Assembly (NCBI RefSeq): GCF_002310835.1
Contig: NZ_CP011041.1
Coordinates: 1,800,001-1,832,000, forward strand
Length of the DNA: 32,000 nt
From: Pseudoalteromonas tetraodonis
Lineage (GTDB): Bacteria > Pseudomonadota > Gammaproteobacteria > Enterobacterales > Alteromonadaceae
Reading direction: 5' to 3'
The notes below the pieces were generated by a model. That model saw nothing but the letters and a program-made list of their open reading frames with translations, was not told the DNA's origin and did not search any database. Positions 17,259 to 25,157 of the stretch are shown here, one piece after another (position 1 is the first letter of the stretch; every line of letters starts with the position of its first letter). The position numbers and the translations under genes were made by a program.

Positions 17259-18998
17259 TTAAAATCTAAATACACGTCTTAAACCAACAAGTGGTAGTAA
17301 TAATAAACCAAGCCAAGAAAAGCTCGCAGAACTGCGTTCGTAAAATTCAGCATCTGGGGCTTTACAATTCTCAACTTCACCATTAGGGATAGGCGAAAGT
17401 TTTACCGCAACGGCTACACTTTCATATTCAATATTACCATTTACATCGGTAACAACTCCGCCCAATGAATTTCGTTTTTCAACTGTTTTAGTCGCAACAC
17501 CAAATACTTCGTTGTTTTCATTAATCGATTTAGCTTCTACCATTTTATAGCTGAAACTGGTTTCACCATCACTGTCATAACAAGGCAGCAATTTATTTAG
17601 GTTAGTGATCTTGTCATCGCCAATTTTATAAATGAAGGCTTCTGAACGGCGGGTGTTCTCAGATTCACCAATTTCACCTTCACCAACAATGTAACCTTGA
17701 TTATTAATGTCATTTGCATATGAGCTTGAGCTTATAAAGTAATCTTCAGGAAACACGGTCGTGTTTGTATTTATATCATGGTAAAAAAGTTTATTTCTTA
17801 GCGTGCCTTCTATTCGCTTGGTCGCATAACCTACAACAATATCGTTATCGTTGATAGCAAATGCTTTACCACTTTGCCAGTCATCTCTTTGTTCAATAAA
17901 ATCAACCACTTCACCATCTTTAAAGTAAACTGGCATCGTTAAAATTGTGGAATCTCTATCAAAGTAACGGGTATTAGAAAAACCGGCCGCAACGCCATTT
18001 TTATTAACCGCTAATGCATTACTAATAAATGGGTTACTGTCTTCATCTTCTTTTGGTGTCAGCGCTAAACCTAACAATTCTGTTGAGGTTACATTATAGG
18101 CACTATCTAATGTCCACTTAACCGCTGTTTTATTAAATAAACCACGTGTGTTACGACTATTAATTGATTCAATACACGTCATTACAGGTTCATCAAGACC
18201 ATCACAATTATCAGCAATTAAGGTTTGTCTCTCTGTAGGGATACTCACTGATACATTACCAACAACAACGTAACCCGTGTCAGTGGCAACAATATCAGAC
18301 GCTTTACTCGTCCCACCATGTTCAGTAAATTCTGGAACAAGCGGCACTTCTACACCGCCTTCAGAAATTAAAATACCACGTTCTATAAACTCTCGGGTAA
18401 ACCAAGTTTCTTCTTCAGTTTCACCATCTGGTGTAAAAGTGATTTTATCAAACGGTGCACTGCCCCAACCTACGGTCGTACCGTCCTGTGCAACAGCATT
18501 ATAAAAATTGCTGGTCGATCGCGTTAACCCATCATAATCAACCGAAGCCACATCAAACAAAGATTGCTCTGTAATTACACCACTGTTGTAATTTGTAGCA
18601 ACAATTGAGCTAATTTTTTGATATTCAAAGTTAGCAGATAAGTTTGACAAAAAACGAACCATAAAAGTATGCGCATCAGCATTGGTATAAATAGCGTCGT
18701 TGTTTTCGATGTCATCAAGTGTAAACGTAATTTCTTTGTCACTTAGTTCAAATGAATTTACTTCATTAGTATAAGCGTTCTTAATTAAACTATCGGTAAA
18801 ATCAATATAACTAATATCAATTGGGATATTGTATAAGCCATTAGCAAGCCCAATGACATGTCCGTTTTCACTCACATCGGTAACATAAGTATGTTTTGCG
18901 TTTTCAAAGTTACCTAACTCCGTTAACGCATAGGTAGCACTTAATGCCGATGTACTCAGTGTTGCTAAAACACTGGCCGCGAGTAATTTATATTTCAT
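17259..18998 (-). CDS. Secreted repeat protein (DUF3466-like, HAF-like extracellular repeats) with a C-terminal TM-plus-basic sorting-type tail
   Basis: The N-terminal signal peptide is MKYKLLAASVLATLSTSALSA/TY. Seven copies of an x-(D/N)-(I/V)-N-x-x-G-x-(V/I)-(V/A/I)-G motif are present (VTDVSENGHVIG, AVAQDGTTVG, IVATDTGYVVVG, ALAVNKNGVAAG, AFAINDNDIVVG, ANDINNQGYIVG, AKSINENNEVFG). The C-terminus is SSASFSWLGLLLLPLVGLRRVFRF. An AAGGAA Shine-Dalgarno is present, and the gene starts 11 nt after the uup stop. Confidence 0.8.
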   Translation of the reverse strand: MKYKLLAASVLATLSTSALSATYALTELGNFENAKHTYVTDVSENGHVIGLANGLYNIPIDISYIDFTDSLIKNAYTNEVNSFELSDKEITFTLDDIENNDAIYTNADAHTFMVRFLSNLSANFEYQKISSIVATNYNSGVITEQSLFDVASVDYDGLTRSTSNFYNAVAQDGTTVGWGSAPFDKITFTPDGETEEETWFTREFIERGILISEGGVEVPLVPEFTEHGGTSKASDIVATDTGYVVVGNVSVSIPTERQTLIADNCDGLDEPVMTCIESINSRNTRGLFNKTAVKWTLDSAYNVTSTELLGLALTPKEDEDSNPFISNALAVNKNGVAAGFSNTRYFDRDSTILTMPVYFKDGEVVDFIEQRDDWQSGKAFAINDNDIVVGYATKRIEGTLRNKLFYHDINTNTTVFPEDYFISSSSYANDINNQGYIVGEGEIGESENTRRSEAFIYKIGDDKITNLNKLLPCYDSDGETSFSYKMVEAKSINENNEVFGVATKTVEKRNSLGGVVTDVNGNIEYESVAVAVKLSPIPNGEVENCKAPDAEFYERSSASFSWLGLLLLPLVGLRRVFRF

Positions 18999-19009
18999 TT
19001 TATTCCTTA

Positions 19010-20923
19010 CTACTGATTCTTTAATTCTTCAAGTTCTTCCCAACGCTCAAAAGCGGCTTCAAGGTCAGACTCGAGTTGGGCTAAATGGTTCAATTCCTTA
19101 GCTGTTACATCACTGTCTTGCTTGAAAAAGTCTTCGTGACTTACTCGTTCTTGTTGTTTTTCAAGCTCAGCTTCAAGTTGTTCCATTTTATTAGGTAGTT
19201 GCTCTAGTTCAAGTTTTAATTTGTAAGAGAGTTTATTTGCTTTGTTATTACTTTTAACGGGTGCCGGCTCTGGTTTTTCAACCTTTTTAACTGGCTGCTG
19301 TTGCTGCTTCTTTTCTTGCTCTGCTAAATAGTTGGTATAGGCTTCATAATCGCTGTAGCCGCCAACGATATCTGTTACCTTGCCGTTACCCTCAAAGGCC
19401 CATACACTCGAACACGTATTATCAATAAACTCTCGGTCATGGCTAACAATCAGCACAGTACCTTGGTATTGATTGATGATATCTTCTAGTAGCTCTAACG
19501 TTTCTATGTCTAAGTCGTTGGTAGGCTCATCAAGTACCAATATATTTGATGGCTTTAAGAACAACTTAGCCAGAAGTAATCTATTTTTTTCACCACCTGA
19601 GAGCGCTTTTACGGGGGTGCGAGCACGTGCTGGCGGGAACAAAAAGTCTTGTAAATAACCTAATACATGACGAGAACGCCCGCCCATCATGACCTCTTGC
19701 TTACCCTCAGCTACGTTGTCCTGAACGGTCGCTTCTTCATTAAGCTTTTCACGGTACTGATCAAAATACGCAAACTCTAAATTAACACCTTGCTTTATTT
19801 CGCCACTGTCTGCTTTTAAATCTCCGAATAGAAGCTTTAATAAGGTCGTTTTACCAATACCGTTAGGGCCTACTAATCCAATACGATCACCACGCATAAC
19901 CAAAGTAGAGAAGTCATCAGCAATGATTTTATCTTTAAATGCATGGTTTAAGTGTTTCGCTTCAAACACTAATTTACCTGAACGATCAGCCGTTTCAATA
20001 TTGAAATCGGTTTTGCCTACTTGATCAACGCGTTTTTTACGCTCATTACGTAATTGTTTAAGCTCACGAACTCGCCCTTCGTTACGCGTACGACGCGCTT
20101 TAACACCTTGGCGGATCCACGCTTCTTCTTCTGCTAAACGCTTATCGAACAATGCATTTTGCGTTTCTTCCACTTTTAAATCATGCGCTTTTTGTTCTAA
20201 GTAAGTGGCATAATCACCTGGATAAGAAATTAGTTTACCGCGATCTAAATCTAAAATACGTGTTGCAACGGCGCGAATAAAAGCACGGTCATGCGATATA
20301 AATACAATCCCGCCTTTAAACTCTTTTAAAAATTGCTCTAACCACATTACACTTGTCATATCTAAGTGGTTGGTAGGCTCATCGAGTAATAATAAATCAG
20401 GCTCGCTCACTAGCGCACGCGCAAGTGCAACTTTACGTAACCAACCACCAGAAAGTGATTCTAGTTTTGCATCGGGGGTTAATTCTAGTTGGGTTAAAAC
20501 CAGTTGAATACGGCTATCAAAACGCCAGCCATCAGCTGCTTCTAACTTATTTGATAAGCGCTCTAGTTTGTTGAGTAACTGATCAGTACAATCTGTTTGC
20601 AATTGTGTACTTACATGATGAAAATCAATCAGTAAGTTAGCAATTTCAGGCATACCTTGGGCAACATAATCAAATACAGTGCCGCTTGCCCCTTTAGGCG
20701 GATCTTGTTCTAAACGCGATATTTTTAAACTACCGACTTGGTTTATTTCGCCGTCATCGAGTATTACTTGGCCATCTAAGACTTTTAGAAGCGTTGATTT
20801 TCCTGCACCGTTACGCCCTACAATACACACACGTTCGCCGCTTTCTATAACCGCATCGGCATTATCTAATAATGGGTGCGTCCCGTAGGCTAATTGTGCT
20901 TTTGAAATTCTAATTAAATCCAT
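19010..20923 (-). CDS. uup: ABC-F family ATPase Uup
   Basis: There are two ABC cassettes (GRNGAGKST / LSGGWLRKVALARAL and GPNGIGKTT / LSGGEKNRLLLAKL), no TM domain and a charged C-terminal coiled-coil tail. It lies downstream of rlmL, as in E. coli. Confidence 0.93.
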   Translation of the reverse strand: MDLIRISKAQLAYGTHPLLDNADAVIESGERVCIVGRNGAGKSTLLKVLDGQVILDDGEINQVGSLKISRLEQDPPKGASGTVFDYVAQGMPEIANLLIDFHHVSTQLQTDCTDQLLNKLERLSNKLEAADGWRFDSRIQLVLTQLELTPDAKLESLSGGWLRKVALARALVSEPDLLLLDEPTNHLDMTSVMWLEQFLKEFKGGIVFISHDRAFIRAVATRILDLDRGKLISYPGDYATYLEQKAHDLKVEETQNALFDKRLAEEEAWIRQGVKARRTRNEGRVRELKQLRNERKKRVDQVGKTDFNIETADRSGKLVFEAKHLNHAFKDKIIADDFSTLVMRGDRIGLVGPNGIGKTTLLKLLFGDLKADSGEIKQGVNLEFAYFDQYREKLNEEATVQDNVAEGKQEVMMGGRSRHVLGYLQDFLFPPARARTPVKALSGGEKNRLLLAKLFLKPSNILVLDEPTNDLDIETLELLEDIINQYQGTVLIVSHDREFIDNTCSSVWAFEGNGKVTDIVGGYSDYEAYTNYLAEQEKKQQQQPVKKVEKPEPAPVKSNNKANKLSYKLKLELEQLPNKMEQLEAELEKQQERVSHEDFFKQDSDVTAKELNHLAQLESDLEAAFERWEELEELKNQ

Positions 20924-20938
20924 AGTTAATCTTTACTC

Positions 20939-21178
20939 TTATTCTGCTTGCGCTAAAAACTGCTGCGCCTGAGGTGCAGTAAACGGCCAAAACAATTGCT
21001 GGCCTTGTTGATTTTTTAAAACCGGAATACTGATTTGATACTCTAAAATTAATGAGTCATCGCTCATAATATCAATAAGTTGTAATTCATCAGCTGATGA
21101 AAGTAACGGTTTTAACAGTTGCTCAGCTTGCTCACACAAGTGGCAACCGTCTGTGTGATATAAAACCCACTTAGCCAT
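20939..21178 (-). CDS. Glutaredoxin-like thioredoxin-fold mini-protein (CxxC)
   Basis: The protein is 79 aa with a CHLC redox motif at residues 12-15 after a beta-strand-like VLYHTDG, and a likely cis-Pro motif IPVL. Its ATG overlaps the rlmL TAA by 8 nt (ATGGCTAA). Confidence 0.75.
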   Translation of the reverse strand: MAKWVLYHTDGCHLCEQAEQLLKPLLSSADELQLIDIMSDDSLILEYQISIPVLKNQQGQQLFWPFTAPQAQQFLAQAE

Positions 21179-23288
21179 GTTTAATTAACCAGCTATTATG
21201 AATTTTTTTATTACGTTTAAAATCGGGAGATAAGGTTTTTTCTGAAATATTTTCCGCTTTTAAGCCTAAGCCCATTAACCCTACTTCGTCCATCACAAAG
21301 CCGCGTTTATTGTTAGAAAATATAAGCGTACCCGATGGGCTCAATATTTTTTTAACCCAAGTTAACAGCTTAATGTGATCATTTTGTACATCAAACGCAT
21401 CTTTCATTCGCTTAGAGTTAGAAAATGTTGGAGGGTCTAAAAAGATCAAGTCGTATTGGCCTTGTGCATGCTCTAACCATTTTAAACAGTCTGCTTGCTC
21501 AAACCGATAACGCGTATTGCTAATATCGTTAAGCGCAAAGTTATCTTGCCCCCATTTTAGGTAGGTTTTAGATAAATCAACGGTAGTAATCGCTTTTGCA
21601 CCGCCTAATGCAGCATGAACCGACGCTGTTCCCGTGTAGGCAAACAGATTTAAAAAGCGCTTATCTTTTGCATTTTCTTGAATGTAACGACGCGCAAGAC
21701 GGTGATCTAAAAATAGTCCGGTGTCTAAGTAATCAAATAAGTTAACTTTAAACTTAGCACCAAACTCCTCTACCACCATGGTTCTGTTTTGCTTAGCCAT
21801 CGGGGTATATTGTTCTTCACCTTTTTGCTTTTTACGTACTTTTACCGCAATGTTTTCAGGTGCAATATCCAGTTGTTGCGCTGTTAAGCTAATAACATCT
21901 TGCAAGCGTTTTTCTGAGGTTTTTTCATCAATTTCTTTTGGTGCTGCGTATTCAAAAATAACCGCTGAATCACCATAAATATCAACCGCAACGTTATATT
22001 CAGGAATATCTGCATCATACACGCGATAGGCGTGTACTTGATTTTGCTTAAGCCAATTTTTTAAGCCTTGCTTATTCTTTTTCAAGCGATTAGCAAAAGC
22101 CATTGAGCCTTCAAAGTTTAAAGCCGGTTTATCATCCGTGGTAAGACTCACTTGCTTGTCATCAAGTTGATACAAGTTTAATTCAACATCAAGTGGGCCA
22201 TTTTTAAATTTATAACGTTTTTGCTTAACCAATTTAAGCAGTTTAAACAAGCTTTCATCCATGCCTAATAAAGCTAGTTTCCAGTGGTTGAAGTGTTTTT
22301 TAAAGCCAACACCTAAACTGCGATGTAAGTTAACCAGCTCAGCCATAGAGCCAATTCGCTCACCATAAGGTAAATTAGAAATAACAACACCCGGCAATTT
22401 AGCAACCGCAGTCAATTTAGTTGCATCGCTTTGTTTAAACTTAATTACCGTATCAAGTTCTGCGCGCTGCGCATTGGCAATGGCTTTATCAAGGACATTT
22501 GCGTCGTAATCATGGCCAATCAACCACAATTTAGGGTCGGTAATATTTGCTAAAAGCTGCTCTTTTAGTTCTTTAAATTTTGCCACTCTAAAGCTAGGTA
22601 AACGTTCAAACGCAAAGCCTTCACGAAATAGACCTGGCGCTTCATTACGCGCCATTCCAGCGGCTTCAATTAAAATAGTACCAGCACCACAACAGGGATC
22701 AAATAAAGGCTGGTTAACATTTTCAAGCCAGCCACTGCGTTTAATAATTGCTGCAGCTAAATGTTCTTTAATTGGTGCTTTACCTTGACCTTGACGGTAA
22801 CCACGCTCTGATAAACGCGGGCCTGAATAATCAATATAAAGTGAAACACCATGGCGATTTAAACGTGCAACCACTCGTACATTCGCATCTTGCTTATCAA
22901 CATTTGGGCGCTGTTCATACAGATCATTAAAATAATCAACAATCGCATCTTTAATCACTAACCCTGAAAACTGGGTATTTTTAAGCGAGTCGTTTGTGCC
23001 ATTAAAGTCAACAGCAAAGGTTTGCGTAGGCCCAAACCACTCTTGCCAAGGTTGTAAGCGTGCAAATTTATACAAGCTGTCTTTGTCATTTACGCCTTCT
23101 TTTTCTTCAATAAGCATAAGTACACGCGTAGCAAAGCGTGTTGATAAACACACCTTTTGCGCTAGCAATGAGTCAGCCTCAAAGCGAACAGAACCCACAG
23201 TTTGTTTTGACACCGTAGCGCCAAGCTCTGTAAGTTCATCAACCAATAAATTTTCGATTCCGATAGAAGTAAGTGCGATAAATTGCAA
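21171..23288 (-). CDS. rlmL: Bifunctional 23S rRNA m2G2445 / m7G2069 methyltransferase RlmKL
   Basis: The protein is 705 aa. The N-terminus FIALTSIGIENLLVDELTELGA parallels E. coli [22 protein letters not shown]. SAM motifs are DPCCGAGTILIEA and NLPYGERIG in the first module, and LFAYTGTASV and FLDPPTFSNSK in the second. It starts with TTG and has an AGGG 8 nt upstream. Confidence 0.93.
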   Translation of the reverse strand: MQFIALTSIGIENLLVDELTELGATVSKQTVGSVRFEADSLLAQKVCLSTRFATRVLMLIEEKEGVNDKDSLYKFARLQPWQEWFGPTQTFAVDFNGTNDSLKNTQFSGLVIKDAIVDYFNDLYEQRPNVDKQDANVRVVARLNRHGVSLYIDYSGPRLSERGYRQGQGKAPIKEHLAAAIIKRSGWLENVNQPLFDPCCGAGTILIEAAGMARNEAPGLFREGFAFERLPSFRVAKFKELKEQLLANITDPKLWLIGHDYDANVLDKAIANAQRAELDTVIKFKQSDATKLTAVAKLPGVVISNLPYGERIGSMAELVNLHRSLGVGFKKHFNHWKLALLGMDESLFKLLKLVKQKRYKFKNGPLDVELNLYQLDDKQVSLTTDDKPALNFEGSMAFANRLKKNKQGLKNWLKQNQVHAYRVYDADIPEYNVAVDIYGDSAVIFEYAAPKEIDEKTSEKRLQDVISLTAQQLDIAPENIAVKVRKKQKGEEQYTPMAKQNRTMVVEEFGAKFKVNLFDYLDTGLFLDHRLARRYIQENAKDKRFLNLFAYTGTASVHAALGGAKAITTVDLSKTYLKWGQDNFALNDISNTRYRFEQADCLKWLEHAQGQYDLIFLDPPTFSNSKRMKDAFDVQNDHIKLLTWVKKILSPSGTLIFSNNKRGFVMDEVGLMGLGLKAENISEKTLSPDFKRNKKIHNSWLIKHG

Positions 23289-23319
23289 AGTAAAAACCCT
23301 TAATAGCTAATTGCGCGGG

Positions 23320-23328
23320 ATTATAACA
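23320..23328 (-). promoter_or_regulatory. Candidate extended -10 promoter (TGTTATAAT) for rlmL
   Basis: The minus strand reads an exact TGnTATAAT about 32 nt upstream of the rlmL start. There is no good -35. Confidence 0.35.
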
Positions 23329-23378
23329 TAGGTTTGCGTACAAATACGCCATAAACACGGTGGGAAAACTAAATTAGA

Positions 23379-23909
23379 TTAAGCGGTTTGACTATCGTAC
23401 TGTGAGATAATAAGCGGGTGAACACGGTTGTTTAATACGCGGATCACTTCAAACTGTGAGAGTGATAAATTATCGTCAAGCGCAAAGGTTTCGCTTAAAT
23501 TAATACACACAGAAGCATCAGGGCAATGCTCCACAATTAAAAACTCGCCAGTTTGAGATTCAGAGCTCAAGTTGATAACGGCTTCAGTACTAGGTGTTGT
23601 ACCCGTGTAAGTTTTAAAAAACCAACTTTTAGCTAAAACGGGCTTTAATTGAAACTTAACCGCGGTGGCATTGAGCGCTATTTGACATAATTGCGCAGGA
23701 TTCCATAAGTTAAACTGCTCGAGGTAATAATATACCTGCTCATAAAAAGCGGCGTCTTCTAAACTAAAGTAAGGGTTTTTAAAGGTGCAATCTGTTAATT
23801 GCCTTAGTTTATAAGGGGTGCATAGTTGCATATCGTCATTTAAATCAAGCAGTAAGCGGTTTTTTTCAGCACACGCTATCCACTGCCATTGCTTTGACGC
23901 TTGTAACAT
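23379..23909 (-). CDS. zapC: Cell division protein ZapC
   Basis: The protein is 176 aa. WQWIACAEKNRLLLDL, LKPVLAKSWFF and IRVLNNRVHP parallel E. coli ZapC WRWYYDEEHDRMMLDL, LKPQMPKSWHF and IKIMNDRLKP. It sits between pyrD and rlmL, as in E. coli. A GGAGG Shine-Dalgarno is present. Confidence 0.8.
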   Translation of the reverse strand: MLQASKQWQWIACAEKNRLLLDLNDDMQLCTPYKLRQLTDCTFKNPYFSLEDAAFYEQVYYYLEQFNLWNPAQLCQIALNATAVKFQLKPVLAKSWFFKTYTGTTPSTEAVINLSSESQTGEFLIVEHCPDASVCINLSETFALDDNLSLSQFEVIRVLNNRVHPLIISQYDSQTA

Positions 23910-24040
23910 TTGCTCCTCCCTACTTAGTACTTAAAAAAATAAAATAAGACAATAAGCTTAGAGTATAGCTGCTTTTGACCATTTTTAAAACGTCTTTTTA
24001 GAACATTTATCGAACGATCAAAAGCTTACATAACTGATCC

Positions 24041-25051
24041 TTATAAGTCGTTAATGATCGACTTGACCAATTGTGGTCCTTTATAAATAAATCCAGTGTA
24101 AACTTGAATCAAATCAGCCCCTGCGTTCATCTTCTCTTTAGCCGATTGAACGTCATCAATACCGCCTACACCAATGATAGGTAATTGATTATTAGTTAAA
24201 CGTTTTAGTTCAGAAACAATATGAGTTGAACGCTCTCTTACCGGAGCACCCGATAACCCCCCTGCTTCATCAGCATACTGCTGACCTTGCACTAGGCTAC
24301 GCTCAAGGGTGGTATTTGTGGCAATCACACCATCAATTTTATTCGTTAATAATGATTCGCTCACTTGTTCAATTTGAATAGGATCTAAGTCTGGCGCAAT
24401 TTTAACCAGCACAGGTACATTTTTATTATGCTTGGCAATTAAATCTAACTGTTCATTTTTTAAACTTTGCAATAGGTCATCTAATGCTGCGCCATATTGT
24501 AAGTCACGCAATCCTGGTGTGTTAGGTGATGAAATATTGACGGTTATGTAAGATGCATACTCAAACACTTTTCGCATACAGTGAATGTAATCATCTTTGC
24601 CTTGTTCATTCGGCGTATCTTTATTTTTACCAATATTAATACCTAAAATGCCATCATACTTTGCTGCTTTTACGTTATTTACTAGATTATCAACGCCTTT
24701 ATTATTAAAGCCCATGCGATTAATAATTGCATTCGACTGTGGCAATCTAAACATACGAGGCTTATCGTTACCTGCTTGTGGACGCGGTGTTACTGTGCCT
24801 ACTTCGACAAAACCAAACCCCATTTGGGCGAATGCATCAATACACTCGGCATTTTTATCAAGACCAGCGGCAAGCCCTACGGGATTTTTAAATTCGAGGC
24901 CTAAAAAGTTAACAGGCTTATTTGCCACGCTTTGTGACCACGCGGCACTTAACGGTGTATTAGCAAAGCGACGTAAGTTATTAAGAGCAAAATCATGGGC
25001 CCACTCCGCATCACGGGTAAACATAAAACGGCGAGCTAAATCGTAAAACAT
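24041..25051 (-). CDS. pyrD: Quinone-dependent dihydroorotate dehydrogenase (class 2)
   Basis: The protein is 336 aa with [25 protein letters not shown] (catalytic Ser loop), IGVGGI and an N-terminal membrane-association helix. Confidence 0.96.
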   Translation of the reverse strand: MFYDLARRFMFTRDAEWAHDFALNNLRRFANTPLSAAWSQSVANKPVNFLGLEFKNPVGLAAGLDKNAECIDAFAQMGFGFVEVGTVTPRPQAGNDKPRMFRLPQSNAIINRMGFNNKGVDNLVNNVKAAKYDGILGINIGKNKDTPNEQGKDDYIHCMRKVFEYASYITVNISSPNTPGLRDLQYGAALDDLLQSLKNEQLDLIAKHNKNVPVLVKIAPDLDPIQIEQVSESLLTNKIDGVIATNTTLERSLVQGQQYADEAGGLSGAPVRERSTHIVSELKRLTNNQLPIIGVGGIDDVQSAKEKMNAGADLIQVYTGFIYKGPQLVKSIINDL

Positions 25052-25078
25052 GAATATAATCCTCTTAAAGTTGTAGAC

Positions 25079-25109
25079 AAAAAAATACCTCAGACAAGGC
25101 TGAGGTATT
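25079..25109 (-). terminator. Rho-independent terminator of the NAD-GDH gene
   Basis: The minus strand reads AATACCTCAG ccttgt CTGAGGTATT followed by TTTTTT. It begins about 50 nt after the gdh stop and ends 28 nt before the pyrD ATG. Confidence 0.8.
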
Positions 25110-25157
25110 ATATAACAAAAAACTGTTTAACGATTAATTTTAATCAGTTGCAGTTTA

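Noticed and set aside
17259-18998. The repeat-protein gene gave the impression of being more AT-rich than its neighbours, which could mean horizontal acquisition.
   Set aside because: My hand counts of individual 60-nt lines ranged from about 32% to 50% GC within the gene, so the impression is not robust. A proper sliding-window GC and codon-usage calculation is needed before making any claim.
3230-23288. Several genes use non-ATG starts: sdhC GTG, sdhA GTG, kdsB GTG, lpxK GTG and rlmL TTG.
   Set aside because: About 5 of 25 genes is within the normal bacterial range. Most of these starts sit at overlapping junctions, where coupling relaxes the start-codon requirement.
24597-25046. A 149-aa plus-strand ORF lies antisense to pyrD.
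   Set aside because: It is fully embedded in pyrD, has no recognisable motifs and has the composition typical of a shadow ORF.
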